64,000 nt of DNA from Squalus acanthias. Taxonomy: Eukaryota. The DNA lies in the NCBI GenBank assembly GCA_030390025.1, contig CM059432.1:39434001-39498000 (forward strand), read 5' to 3'. Shown piece by piece: positions 1 to 12,679 of the stretch. Within the stretch, counting starts at the first letter, position 1. The number at the start of each line of letters is the position of its first letter. The translations under genes and the position numbers were made by a program. The notes below the pieces were generated by a model, which did no database searches, was not told the origin of the DNA, and saw nothing but the letters and a program-made list of their open reading frames with translations.

Positions 1-969
1 TTGCAAGTTCGAAGAAGTCTTCCTGGCAAGGAAAACTTGGCTGTTCGACCTACAGGCGCGGTCGGGATTTACTGACCGTGGCGATGAATATGGTCTTCCT
101 CTCTTCTCATCTCATCTCATCTCATCTCATCTCGGGCCTTTGGTTCCGCTGCCAGTTACCAACATAGGTCTTCGTTACGCGACACGAGGTAGATCCGAAC
201 GGATCAGAAAGTTCAACAGTCCTTTTCAAAGAGTCAACAGGCAAGCAGGAGCCCGACTACGAGTACACAGGAGCAGCCACGAGGTTACGAAACAAGAGCA
301 CAGGATAAGAGCACAGGAGCAGCCACGATGATAAGAGAAAGATGGACGGTTTGGAGCCTGCAATTATAGTGCAAAATCTTCCGTTTCCCGCCCAACCTTA
401 ATGTCCATTCTTTTGTTTAGGGTCTGGCGCTCAAATGTCTTGTATGGGTGATCTCCGTTCTTAATGGGTTTCGGGGCTACTCGTAAATGTCTGAGTACCT
501 GTTAATATTTCTCCCATTGTTAAATCGGTCGGTGTTCTCCCTGGAGGGGTTGTGGGGCTTCCAAGTGTTTTGTATAACTACCTGCTAACGGCTCTCTCAT
601 CGTAGAGTCGTTGGGATTTTACATATTAATGTCTTTTGGATGGGCCCTTGATTACTCGGTACAATAGCTTTCATTCGTACCTGGGAGACCGATTTCAGTA
701 TTTATGTGTATACTGCAAACCCACAATGTCTCGTGTATTATCTTCACTGTGCTGAATCTTAATCGATCTTGCACAAATGTTTATTGGAACGCCATCTTGT
801 CTGCCTGTTGAAAAGTCTAGAATGTTCTGTCACGAGGTGCGGCGGCCATTTTACAGGCTGCTTGTGTCCACTTTAAACCTGGCAGCATTCTGCTGAAATA
901 AAAGCTGTTTGAACGAAACTCTGTGTTTTCTCCTTATTAATAAAATCGCGATATATTGCGAATTCTACA
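1..969 (-). mobile_element. Probable LTR (5' part, running off the window start)
   Basis: The minus strand starts TGTAGAATTC at 969. It is CpG-rich and non-coding, with a GC-box/ETS/TATA-like run (GGGCGGGAAACGGAAG...CTATAA, ~393-363 minus) and short internal direct repeats (cacaggagcagccacga). No PBS or 3' CA is visible. Confidence 0.4.
101..133 (+). repeat. (TCTCA)n pentanucleotide microsatellite
   Basis: Tandem tctca units read directly. Confidence 0.9.
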
Positions 970-1843
970 TAACTTTAGGTATAGATTTGGATAGGTGTAT
1001 GGAGGGTTCTAGTGGTGGAAGTGGAAAACTGCTTGTAAGTGAAATTTAAAGGGATGTGGACAACAAAAGGAGACTGTCACAATTTGGTGGCAAAAATTCT
1101 GAAAGCCTTTGGAGAGCCTCAGAAAGCATCTCAACCAATTAACAGCCTTTGCAGAGGTGTCCTTCAGCAGATAGCACAGCACTGCATCTACATCTGGCTC
1201 TTTGATGACCTGGACCTTGAGCAGACAATTCCCTACAGTTAGTGCCAGATAGATATGCCAGGGCCTATGGAAATGACTGTTGGCATCTTGCCAGATGTGG
1301 AGAACCAGGCTAAACTGGCTGTTGATTATCCTCTTTCATGCAGTGTCACTGAAAGCAGGACAGACTGTGAATAGGGTGCTTCCAATTGCTAGAGCATTCA
1401 CATATCTTAGTGGTACCATCGGGTCCATTGTTCCTTTGAGAAGATAGTTCTTATGCGACGGGGTAGGGAGGAATGTTTGGAGGCAGGGTGGCAGCATTGA
1501 ATAGTGGAGCAATGAGAATGGATAAATATTCTGGATTTTCTGTAATTTTGCTGATCAAGGAATATTTACGCAGAATTTTTTTCTCATCAAGTTAAATGGG
1601 TGAAATAGACTATACATTATAGTTTGTATGTGGCTTGTAGTTGGAGCACGTTTGGTGGGCCAAATGGTCTTTTCTGGTTCCATGATTCCTTGGTGGGGAT
1701 TCCTCTCTGTGATCCTGCCCAAAATTGAGTGGGATCACGGTGAGGAATGATGGTAAATGTGGGCTGTGAGGCCTACCACTGCTTCATAGCCCCAAGATTT
1801 CCCTCCTTCAGCCTCGCCGCTGGCCACATTTTTCCCATCTGCC

Positions 1844-2534
1844 AAATGCAAAAAATGGAGCTCGGCTCGGCTCCCCAGTGGATTTCCTTCTTGTCCGCCC
1901 CACTTACCGCCCCTTTCTGGAGCCACCATGGGGTAGGCGGCAGGAGGGCCAGGAAAGAGCCACTAACGACCAAAGCAGGGACCATGTCATTTTTTTGCTC
2001 CTCTATTTGAAATTCCTCACACCAGATACCAATTCTTAGGCAAATGGTAGGTAAATGACATGCTTCCATACCTCTGCCAATGTCACTCCGTAACCAGCTG
2101 TGGCTGTCTCTTCAAACCGACCAGTTATTATGTTTTCAGGTAACACCTTGATATAAACAAGATCACAAGACACTTACTGATAAGGAAGGCAGTTCAGCCC
2201 ATCTTAATTCATCCATCCAGAACAACTTCCCCCATAGCTGCATCTAGTTGTTTCTTAGGATTTCCATTGGCAGAGTGACATTACGGAGTGACATTGGCAG
2301 AGCATGAAGCATGTAATTTACCTACCATTTGCCTAAGAATTGGTATCTGGTGTGAGGAATTTCAAAAAGAGGAGCAAAAAAATGACATGGTCCCTGCTTT
2401 GGGGTATCCAGGGTCGTTAGTAGCTCTTTCCTGGCCCTACCGCCGCCTACCCCATGGTGGCTCCAGAAAGGGGCGGTAAGTGGGGTGGACAAGAAGGAAA
2501 TCCACTGGGGAGCCGAGCTCCATTTTTTGCATTT
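1844..2534. repeat. Local inverted duplication (~250 bp arms: 1844-2093 and 2281-2534)
   Basis: The arms are near-identical reverse complements. ORFs 1773..2069(-) and 2288..2479(+) share the peptide LPTICLRIGIWCEEFQ. Confidence 0.92.
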
Positions 2535-3300
2535 TCCAGGTTTTCATCTCCACCACGCTCTGCGTGACGAAGACATTTCTGATCTCAGTCCTGAAGTTAT
2601 CTTTTAATAGTTTGAACTTCTGTCCCCTTGTCCTACTCCTACTGTTTAATGTAAAGCAGTATTACATATTAACTTTTCCCATATCATTTAATATATTATA
2701 TGGCTCTATAAAATCATCTCTCAGATGCCTTCTATCCAAGTGGAAAAACTAAAGTCTGAATGTCCCCCTTGTTTCCTGGTGATCAGAACTGGACACAATG
2801 CTCCAAGATGTGGTCTGACCAGACTATTATACAGTTTGATCACGACTTCCTCTGATTTGTGTTCTAAGGTTTTGGCTATGTGGTTGAACATGCTATTGGC
2901 TTTGTTAATTACTGCTCTGCATTGGCTGAACATGCTGAGCTTTAGGTCGACTAAGATTCCTGGGTCCCTTTCAGCTTCATCCTTAGGTATTTCAGCACTG
3001 TTCATGGAGTACGTGTGTTGCTTATTTTTCCTTCCTGTGTGTAGTACTTTACATTTGTTTGCATTAGATTTATCCAGCCACTGTTTAGTGCTTTTAAATA
3101 TTCTGTAATTTTGAGACTGTCTCCTTTGACCAATTTGCATTGAGTTTCTGAATACAATGTAAATTTTGATGTAAATTTTAAACAGCTGTGGTCAAAATGC
3201 TGAGTACTTGGACACCCATTCAGTACTCCCCCATCCTAATATTATTCTCTAACCGATACGCAATGTTGTCTATCCTTCAACCAGTTTTCTTATCCATACC
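2165..3300 (-). mobile_element. Degraded CR1 LINE 3' fragment, interrupted by the inverted duplication
   Basis: ORF 2721..3140 matches the CR1 ORF2 C-terminus (KCKVLH.G..., ERDPGILVD, LYNSLVRPHL), followed by a CR1-type 3' end. Confidence 0.8.
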
Positions 3301-3309
3301 CAGATTGTT

Positions 3310-3730
3310 TCTTATTGATTAGGCACTTTACAGCCTTCTGGACTCAACATTGAGTTTAACAATTTCAGATCATAACCTCTGCCCCCATTTTTCAGATGGT
3401 AGTTGTTGATGATTCCACTATACCCATTTACACCTCCTCTAGACCCACCTTTTGTTCCTTTACTTGTCCCATTACCATCTCCTTTTACCTCGCACCATCA
3501 TCCATCTTGTCTTTTAATCTCTCCTTCCTTCCACCCTATCACAGGCCTTCCCTTTTGCTTTTTCCTACCCTCCCCCCTTTCCCGGCATCTGCATTTTCTT
3601 AAAACCTGTTACATTTCTAACCTTTTCCAGTTTTGATAAAAGGTCATTGACCTGAAACGTTAACTCTGTTTCTCTCTCCACAGATGATGCCTGACCTGCT
3701 GAGTATTTCCAGCATTTTCTCTTTTTATTT
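3310..3730 (+). mobile_element. Penelope-like 3' end with degenerate hammerhead motif
   Basis: It encodes the GTLQPSGLNIEFNNF-type ORF end, then a pyrimidine-rich UTR, then ttgataa-aaggtcattgacct-gaaacgtt (a mutated hammerhead core) and the common terminal sequence. Confidence 0.65.
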
Positions 3731-4074
3731 TCCTTATTAAAGATCATATGGCACTATTGAAGATGAGTTCTTCAAATGTCCTGGGCAACATTCCTCACTC
3801 ATTCCTTCCTAGGGCTGGTGAAAAAGATTCTGTCTGAGGCACACATACCATTGATGCTCCTGGCAATACTTTTGGTTTCTATCCACAAGAAGAGAGACCT
3901 TGGTGAGTCCAGAGTGTACTAGGAATCTCACCAGTGGCTGTTAAGGTGGTTCTTCGGGTATATATCAGAAGCTCTGGAGGCCTGAGGATAATCAGAAAAG
4001 AAACACCAACTCGTAACTATCCTCCTTGGGGGGAATGCATGCAGGGTCTCTTCAGAGTCAAGACAGCTTCATAA

Positions 4075-4203
4075 TAATACAAAAGCAAAATACTGCGGAT
4101 GCTGGAAATCTGAAATAAAAACAGAAAATGCTGGAAATACTCAGCAGGTCAGGCAGCATCTGTGGAGAAAGAAACAGTGTTAACGTTTCTGGTCGATGAT
4201 GAA
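4075..4203 (-). mobile_element. Penelope-like terminal repeat fragment
   Basis: Reverse complement of the 3650-3730 terminal sequence (aaaatgctggaaatactcagcaggtcaggcagcatctgtggaga). Confidence 0.7.
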
Positions 4204-4366
4204 CAGCATTTCCTATTGGTAATCTGATACCTGAGCCAGGCACTTCTCCAGAATACTGTTGATGATCGATCAACCAGCCTGGTGCACGAGTGGAACTTGG
4301 TGGTATAGCCATGTCACTGAGGCTGGGATTTTTCCCATCCAGCTCTAGATAACATTACAAGGCAAT

Positions 4367-5107
4367 GGGCCAAAAATTGATCCCGCTGCGCGAGAGTACG
4401 CACTGCGTACTCTCGCGTATTCTCTCTCCAATTGCCGGTTTTCTGCATGCCCTGCGCATGCGCTGAAAACCGGCACTTGGTCTTTGGAAAAGGGGGCGGT
4501 TCCTCGGTGCATCGCGTGCGCGCTACAGGCTGCGCGCACGCTGTGCACTTAGTGCTTTGGACGCGCAGGTAAGGACGGAAGATTTTAGAAATGGAAAAAG
4601 GAGGAGTAAGACCCACTTTTAACAAGGTAAGTAGTGAATTAAGTATTTTTTTGATTTTTTTTTAACAGGTATATATTTTTTAGAGACTTTAAAGACAGGT
4701 AAGTTTATTTTTATAACTTTTTAAAAGATTTAAAATTTTTCAAAAATTTAATTTTTTATTTAAAATGGTTAATTTATTTAACTATACTTATTTTATAAAG
4801 TGATGGTTTTTTTTTAAATTTAATTGAGGTTTAGCTGTTATTTTGGGGGGGTGTAAGATTCATAGCTTTCACAGCACGTATGTGAAACTTATGAATGGAA
4901 GATGGTGTGCTGCCATTGGCTCTAACTGAGTCACGTGATCCCACAGCTCGCACGAATTCACTACGCCGGTGGGATACGCAAGCACTGCCCAGCTGATGTC
5001 TTGAACATCAAGTTCGTGCGAGCTGGATCTGAAAAAGCCAACGCGGAGTGAGAGATCGCGCCTGCTCCTTACCCCCGCGGGAACAGAGCGAGATCAATTT
5101 CTGGGCC
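4367..5107. mobile_element. PIF/Harbinger-type MITE
   Basis: TIRs GGGCCAAAAATTGATCCCGCT and (rc) GGCCCAGAAATTGATCTCGCT; 3-bp TSD AAT at 4364-4366 and 5108-5110. Confidence 0.8.
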
Positions 5108-5229
5108 AATGTCTCCAAAGATAAGCTAGTTCTGGCTGGACACACAGTGGGACGCTTACCACTGATCTCCCTTGATAAGCTGTGCAGGCTTGGCTAGTTA
5201 CATTTCAGAGGTACCCCTGTGCATACTTG

Positions 5230-6975
5230 GATGTACTGTGTACAGGGGGATTGTGATATACTTGAACAAATTAGTATTGAGAGGGAGGAGGTACTAGTGG
5301 TTTTAGCGGGCTTAAAAGTGGATAAATCCCCAGGCCCTGTTGGGATGTATCCCAGGCTGCTGTGTGAGGCAAGGGAGGAGATTACAGGGGCTCTGACACA
5401 AATTTTCAGAACCTCTCTGGCCACAGGGGAGGTGCCAGAGGACTGGAGAACAGCTAACGTAGTACCATTGTTCAAGAAGGGTAGTAGAGATAAACCAAGG
5501 AATTACAGGCCAGTGAGCCTAACATCAGTGGTAGGGAAATTATTGGAAAAAATTCTGAGGGACAGAATTAGTCTCCACTTGGAAAGGCAGGGATTAATCA
5601 GGGATAGTCAGCATGGCTTTGTCAGGGGGAGATCATGTCTGACCAATTTGATTGAATTCTTCGAGGGGGTGACTAGGTGTGTGGATGAGGGTAGTGCAGT
5701 TGATGTAGTCTACATGGACTTCAGTAAGGCTTTTGACAAAGTTCCACATGGGAGGCTGGTCAAGAAGGTAAGAGCCCATGGGATCCAGGGCAATTTGGCA
5801 CATTGGATCCAAAATTGGCTTAGTGGCAGGAGGCAGAGGGTGATGGTCAAAGGTTGTTTTTGTGACTGGAAGCCTATGTCCAGTGGTGTACCGCAGGGAT
5901 CGGTGCTGGGTCCTTTGCTGTTTGTAGTGTACATTAATGATTTAGATATGAATGTAGGAGGTATGATCAGTAAGTTCGCAGATGACACGAAAATTGGTGA
6001 AGTGGCAAATAGCGAGGAGGGAAGCCTCAGGCTACAGGACGATATAGACAGGTTGGTCAGATGGGCAGAACAGTGGCAAATGGAATTTAACCCTGAAAAG
6101 TGTGAGGTGATGCATTTTGGGAGGACTAATAAGACAAGGGAATACACAATGAATGGTAGGACCCTAGGAAGGACAGAGGATCAGAGTGACCTTGGTGTGC
6201 ATGTACATAGATCCCTGAAGGCAGCAGGACAGGTAGATAAGGTGGTTAAAAAGGCTTATGGGATACTTGCCTCCATTAGCCGAGGCATAGAATATAAGTC
6301 ATGATGCGGAGATGCCGGTGTTGGACTGGGGTGGACAAAATTGAGAGGTGTTGTGCGACCTCTCAATAGAATATAAGAGCAGGGAGGTTATGATGGAGCT
6401 GTACAAAACGCTAGTTAGGCCACAGCTGGAATACTGTGTGCAGTTCTGGTCACCACACTATCGGAAGGATGTGATTGCATTGGAGAGGGTGCAGAGGAGA
6501 TTCACCAGGATGTTACCTGGGCTGGAGCGCTTCAGCTATGAAGAGAGACTGGACAGGCTGGGGTTGTTTTCCTTAGAGCAGAGAAGGCTGAGGGGGGACC
6601 TGATTGAGGTGTACAAAATTATGAGGGGCACAGATAGGGTAGATAGAAAGGAACTTTTCCCCTTAGTAGAGGGGTCAATAACCAGGGGGCATAGTTTCAA
6701 GGTAAGGGGCAGGAGGTTTAGAGGGGATTTGAGGAAAAACATTTTCACCCAGAGGGTGATTGGAATCTGGAACTCACTGCCTGAAATGGTGGTAGAGGCA
6801 GGAACCCTCACAACATTCAAGAAGCATTTAGATGAGCACTTGAAACGCCATAGCATACAAGGCTACGGACCAAGTGCTGGAAAATGGGATTAGAATAGAC
6901 AGGGCTTGATGGCCGGCGTGGACACGATGGGCCGAAGGGCCTCTTTCTGTGCTGTATAACTCTATCTATCTCTAA
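5230..6975 (+). mobile_element. CR1 LINE, 5'-truncated, young; ORF2 RT domain to C-terminus
   Basis: ORFs 5219..6304 and 6348..6893 carry [41 protein letters not shown] and LVRPQLEYC; CR1 3' UTR with a tctat-type tail. The two ORFs are split only by a 67-bp insertion plus TSD. Confidence 0.95.
6299..6365 (-). mobile_element. 67-bp Penelope terminal insertion with internal inversion
   Basis: Matches 13523-13577. 12-bp TSD ATAGAATATAAG at 6287-6298 and 6366-6377. Confidence 0.88.
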
Positions 6976-7320
6976 TCTTGGCTCTGCCAAACTGCACCTC
7001 AGCTCTCTAGACTTAGGTAAGCAGAATGTGCCCTTAGGAGGGATGGGAGAAATGTGCACTCCATATTGGGCAGACAGACACCCTACAGGTGGGTGTAGAT
7101 TTTTCAGTAGATTGAATTGGAGATTTTTTAAGTGTGGTAATGAGTTTCTGCTTGTGTCAGACACTTAGCTGACCAAAAAAAAGAGTGCTCTCTCACCAAC
7201 GTGGCTAAAAAGAAAATGGGTCATTCATATATCATTATTATTCATGGGATCTTGCTGTGTGTAAAATTCTTGCCACATTTAACTGCAAATCAATAGGACT
7301 GCACTTCAAAATAATTAATT

Positions 7321-7823
7321 AGAATCATAGAATGGTTACAGCACAGAAGGAGGCCATGCGGCCCGTGCTGACTCTCTGCAAGAGCACTTCAGCTACTCCC
7401 ACTCCCTCACCCTTTCCCCGTAGCCCTGCAATTTTTTTTCCCTTCAGGTACTTATCCAATTCCCTTTTGAAAGCCATGATTGAATCTGCCTCCACCACCC
7501 TCTCAGGCAGTGCATTCCAGATCCTAACCACTCGCTGTGTAAAAAAGTTTTTCCTCATGTTGCCTTTGGTCCTTCTGCCAATCACTTTAAATCTGTGTCC
7601 TCTGGTTCTTGACCCTTCCGCCAATGGGAACAGTTTCTCTCTATCTACTCTTGTCTAGACCCCTCATGATTTTGAACACCTCTATCAAATCTCTTCTCAA
7701 CCTTCTCTGCTCTAAGGAGAACAACCCCAGCTTCTCCAGTCTATCCATGTAACTGAAGTCCCTCATCCCTGGAACCATTCTTGTAAATCTTTTCTGCATC
7801 CTCTCTAAGGCCTTCACACCCTA
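7321..7823 (-). mobile_element. CR1 3' fragment
   Basis: ORF 7325..7624 (SRTRGHRFK...FFTQRVVRIWNALP...FKRELDKYL); attct-type tail. Confidence 0.9.
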
Positions 7824-8042
7824 ATGAATGTAAACTGCTTTTGGACATTTCAGAGAGATATGATAAGGTGCTATTGTTCACATCCAGTTTTTTATCGTTC
7901 ATTTTGGAGGTGCAAAATACCAAAGCATATCGTCCCCTAATTGGCTGAAAATTGGCTCCGAGAGTCAGCTTTTCACTGAATCAAGGCCTACAACTCAGAA
8001 ACCTGAAACTGTTACATCGTGACTGTAACAAGATAACTCTTT

Positions 8043-10178
8043 GGCCCTGAATTTCCCCAGTTACAGTGTATTTATGCTGTTTTTGCATCAGAAAGTAGTG
8101 CCGTTCACCATCAGAGGGAGTTACACACAAGTTTCCTGGAGTAAGCTAATTTAAATATTTTTGGTGCAGCTCTGGTGTAACTTGGAGTGTAAAAACTGTG
8201 CAAGTTGCTGACATTCCCTCCCTCAGAAACTTCCCGGCAGCAGCAGAGTAACTCTTTAAAAGACGCCCAGCAGCAGCAGAACAATATCCAACAGCAGGGT
8301 AAGCAAACAACAAGTGGTTTTGCTGGCAATTTACACCACATCACCAGATGGCATCTCTCACTCACAGCACCAGCAGCATAAGTTCAGACTGGTACCATCA
8401 TGCCCACTCAAGTGCCAGCTGTGACCACTGGGTACCTCGCCAGGGCAGCAGACAGAAGAAGCCCAACTGGCTTCTCTGAGGAAGCCCTCATCCAAAAGGT
8501 AAAAGACAGGAGCCTCACACTCCTGGGTCTTCCTTTCACCGACCCGGACATCAACATTAGTTGTGTAGCCTGTAAGGAGCTGGCACTGGCACTGACTCCC
8601 GAATTACTCACAACCAGGACTGATCAACAGTGCAGAACAAAGTGAAAACACTTCACAAAGGCAGGCAAAAGTAGCAAGTCACCACACTTTCCCTTTCCTC
8701 CCTGCCCACCCTGGGCACCACCTGCATTGTTCGCGACACTCCGAGTAAGGGCACCTACAACTTTGGGGTTGTGCAAGGCAGTTGAAGTGTGTTCGGAGAA
8801 ATATTACTCTCCCATCACAATTAACACACACTCCTTAACTGACAACCTTATCCTCACATACACAACCTTCCACCCCCTTAGATTGCAATAAAAGAAATGT
8901 TTGCTTTAAAATACACTGGACACTTGTCTCATGATTTGTTACTTATGAACATTACAGTAAGTCACAAAATAGACCATTCAGTAGGTTCGGACTTCTTCAC
9001 ACAGGTGAGGGTTCCTGGGAAGATCCTGCTGGGCCAAAGAGCTATGCTTTGTTATCATCTAGTAGTGCGTGTAGAAGAAGGTAAGGCTGAGCTGTAACTG
9101 CAGTTCATCAGTCAATTGAGACGTCCTGCAGAATCTGCCCTCTCGGTGAGTGTAGACACTGGCTGGTTTGCATCACAGACGAGCTGGACATCCTGGGAAT
9201 GGAACCTCTTCCTATTCACATAGATCAGCGGCTGCTTGATTGGCACTTTCAGTGCCAAATGCATGCCATTGTAGTATGCTGGTAAATCCAGCTATCCTGT
9301 AGAAGTCGCTGGCTCTGTGCTCCTGCTGCCTGGTGATGCTGCTGAAGTGGTAGAATTCGGTTGCTCTATGAAAGAGTTACCTGAAGGATGCATGTCCCAA
9401 CAGCTCCCTGGTAACTGTTGCACAGATCTCCTGTGGCAGCCTGGAAGGATCTGGAGCCATAAATATTGAGGGCTGCTGTCACTTTAATTGCTACAGACTG
9501 AGCAGTTGAGGCACTGGAGTGAGTCTGCAAATCTTTGTGAAGAAGTTAGCAGAGATGCCCAATGACAGCCTTTGAGAGGTGCAGCCATCGGAGGCACAGC
9601 TCCTCGGAGAGTTCCTGTTGGACCAGTGCAGCGTTTATACACAATGGGGATAGGTCGTACCTGGTGGGCTGCTGTCCTCAGCCATGCTGCCTGATTCGCG
9701 GAGGTCCCAAAATGTTTTTCTGGGAGGAGAGGAAAGCATTACGGTAAAATATAGTGCAGGGTTCAGTGATTAAAAAATGTGAAAGAACAGGTTAAAAAAA
9801 TCCTTGGAAGTCTGTAATTAGTAAGTGAAATTTGTGCCCTCTCCAGCTCACCAACTCTTCACTATCACTTGTCTGAAGTGCTAGGGGTAGCTGTTAGACC
9901 GTTTTTTTTGGGGGGTGTAAAGTAACACCGATTGCAGGAGCAGTGTAAACGCAGGAAATTTCCATGTATTTGAACTGTGCAGCTATGCAAATAAGCCCTG
10001 AGGAGCTTTGACGCGTGTACAATTTGCGCTGTAAAACAAATCGAGGAAACTTGCATTTAGTGCAATACCGTTGTAAATATACCCAAATTTACTAAAACAA
10101 AATCGTCCTTGATCTTTTTTACATAGTAACAGTGTAAAAACAGTGTAAGTGCTGCAGAAAACAAGGAGATCCACAGGC
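8043..10178. mobile_element. Degenerate PIF/Harbinger transposon (Myb/SANT remnant on +, transposase remnant on -)
   Basis: 8450-8670(+) reads FSEEALIQKVKDR...RTDQQCRTK*KHF. ~9040-9600(-) reads AIKVTAALNIYGSRSFQAATGDLC with further HARBI1-like pieces. The left end is GGCCCTGAATTTCCCC; the right end is only weakly similar and approximate. Confidence 0.7.
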
Positions 10179-10189
10179 ATCGGATTGAG

Positions 10190-10604
10190 GCCTCAAGATC
10201 GGGCCAGTGCTGGAGCCAGCAAGATAAGTTGCGGGGAAGGGAGGGTGGAAGTCGCGGAGCGTGGGGTTCCCAGGGCGACAGCAGCCCAGATTATTTTTGT
10301 GGGCTCTGGAGAAGCTCTCCTGCTTAATTTGACACTTACCTTTGGTGGGCCTCTATCGGTTCCATCGCCAGTGAAACTATGCAGGCTCTGACCAGTTCCG
10401 ACATAAAATGGCAATGGGGGCCCTATTTACGTCATAGGACTTCAATTTCCATATTAAAAGGGGCCTATCACCTGAAACGGGCGAGTGTTTTTGGACATCC
10501 AGCGGTAGGCCCCTTTCAAAATGGAGCCGGCCACCTCTCCGGCTACCCACCCCATTTTGAGGCTGCTCCGTTAGCGCCCGGCGAATGCAGTGAAAATCAA
10601 CCCC
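10190..10604. mobile_element. GC-rich MITE-like fragment (Harbinger-type right end)
   Basis: Ends in GAAAATCAACCCC, like other TIRs in the window; the left TIR was not found. Confidence 0.4.
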
Positions 10605-12679
10605 ATGTTTGGAGAATCACAGGTGCAAACCACAACCTAGTACCCATAGTTAAGTATGTTGCTGTACACCAGCATGGTTTCGCAGTTTGCCATCGAATCA
10701 ATTTCAGTTCAATGTTCAATTTAAGTTAATAGGTAAATGACAAATAGATCAAGGCTTTCATATCCTGTCCACAACTCTGTGTGTGTCAGTATGTGCTGGT
10801 GTGTATGCGTGAAGAGGCCTGTGGAGAGGGTAGGAAAGTCACAATTTGCTGACTTGCAAAAGATTATAATGCACAGGTATAATCATCCAAGATTTTTCTT
10901 ACAGGACATTGGACCCTATGATATTTCCAACATAAAGGTAAAAACTGCTATAAGGGAATCCTTGCAAGTCAAAGGTGCTTGAAAATAATTCATATTTCTT
11001 CACTACTTTATAGCTATGGAAAATTCACAGATTCCTCTTAACCCATGTACCTTTTAACATTAAAAATCAATCAAGTCTCAGAAATGGGATTGTGGAGGAG
11101 GGAGAAGTTCAGAAAGACAAATTTGCTAAAGCAATAGCCTTGCAGAATTGCAAAACATTTTCAAAACAGGCCGCCCTGTCCTGAGGAGGAAAGAAAAATC
11201 AAAAGAAAGACACCTGGAAGATAAGGCTTGGATGGATAGAAATGATTGCCAAGTAACTATCAACTTAGGATTACACATTTCATAACCTATGTATCTCTTC
11301 TTTATTAATTATACAGGAAGACTGGCCAAAATGTTACTCAAACAGAGACTGCTAGAAGTGTATGGTTCTCAGCTCATTATATGTACAGGTGCTCTAAAAG
11401 CCAACTGAACTGTCACCGTCTCTGATAGCTGGTCCTTGACAGTTGCTATTGCGCATTGGTTCTGTGCAATTTGTAGTATTGTTTCCCGTGCGGAATTCAG
11501 AAGCTCTTTGTTAGTATGAACTGTTCTGTAGAAAAGATTTGAAAGTAATTACACAATGCTCTACTTTGATGTAGCTTCAAATACCGAGTACTAACAGTGG
11601 CACCTTTGATCCCAACCAGCTGTACAATAGCAGTTGATAGCGTCAAGGTAAATATTAATCTGCCAGGTGCTTTATGTTGGTGCAATAAAATTATTGATCA
11701 CAATCAAAAAGTCTGGAAGTATTGCATAAAAAATAGTGCAATATCTGTCACAAGATGGATTTATAAATAGAAGGTTTTAAAAAAAAATATGAAAAGCAAG
11801 TAATAATAGAGCCAATACTGAACATGTGTTTCACAAATTAAATGCTACTGTCAAAAGTAGTGAGATAACTAAATAAAACTAATGTTTTGTTTGATAGAAA
11901 CTTCCGTGGCATATTTTCTGAGATGTCCTTTAAGTGTTAATTAGTGCTCTATTATTCAAATAACATTCAGTCTAAATATTTTGAGGCTCTTTTAACATCT
12001 CTCTCACATTGCAGGACACAATACCAGATAAAGCTGGGTGATCACTTTTTCACCTTTCTATTACAATGTTCCTCCTATGTTGCCAATATGCTGCACAAAT
12101 TGATTTTCCTCCTCCTTTGATCCTCACTGTATTGAATTCACGGTGCATCACGTACTCTCCTGCACTAACTCATACTTTTTCAGCACCTCAGAGCTTCCCT
12201 CCCTTTTTCCTTCTTCCGACACTCTTTCAGTTTTCTAAACCGAAGCAAATCAGCTAATCGCTGCTTTCTGATTTTTTGTGTGAAGTTTTCGTGATTCCGC
12301 ACCACCAACAGGGCCTTACATGCAATAAGCACTTTATTCAAGATCACAGATGCACGCTCTACAATTTCTCATCCATTTATGTCCCATGCACTAATGTGGA
12401 AAGAGCTAAAGGCATAAAAGTTAACACCCGTGGCTCTTGACTGCCACTGGTTGCACTATCGCTATGGTGGAATTTTGCTGCAGATCTCCTTGAAGCAAAT
12501 GGCACTGCTGTGTAACTGCAGCCCTTCTGAACCTGAGCCTGTGGAAGCACTTCATCATCACCAGGTAGCTATATGTGGCTCTGTAGATACAGTGGTGCAA
12601 TAATTGTGGGTATGACCAGTTTGACTCCAATGCCATTTGATATCTCTGGCATCGCTTTGTTCTTCTTTGTCCACTTCGT

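Noticed and set aside
6299..6345. C/D snoRNA (ATGATG start)
   Set aside because: No D box; the sequence matches the Penelope terminus at 13523.
5710..6856. Antisense ORFs over CR1 (also 33559..34183, 50718..51111 and others)
   Set aside because: Shadow frames of LINE RT coding sequence.
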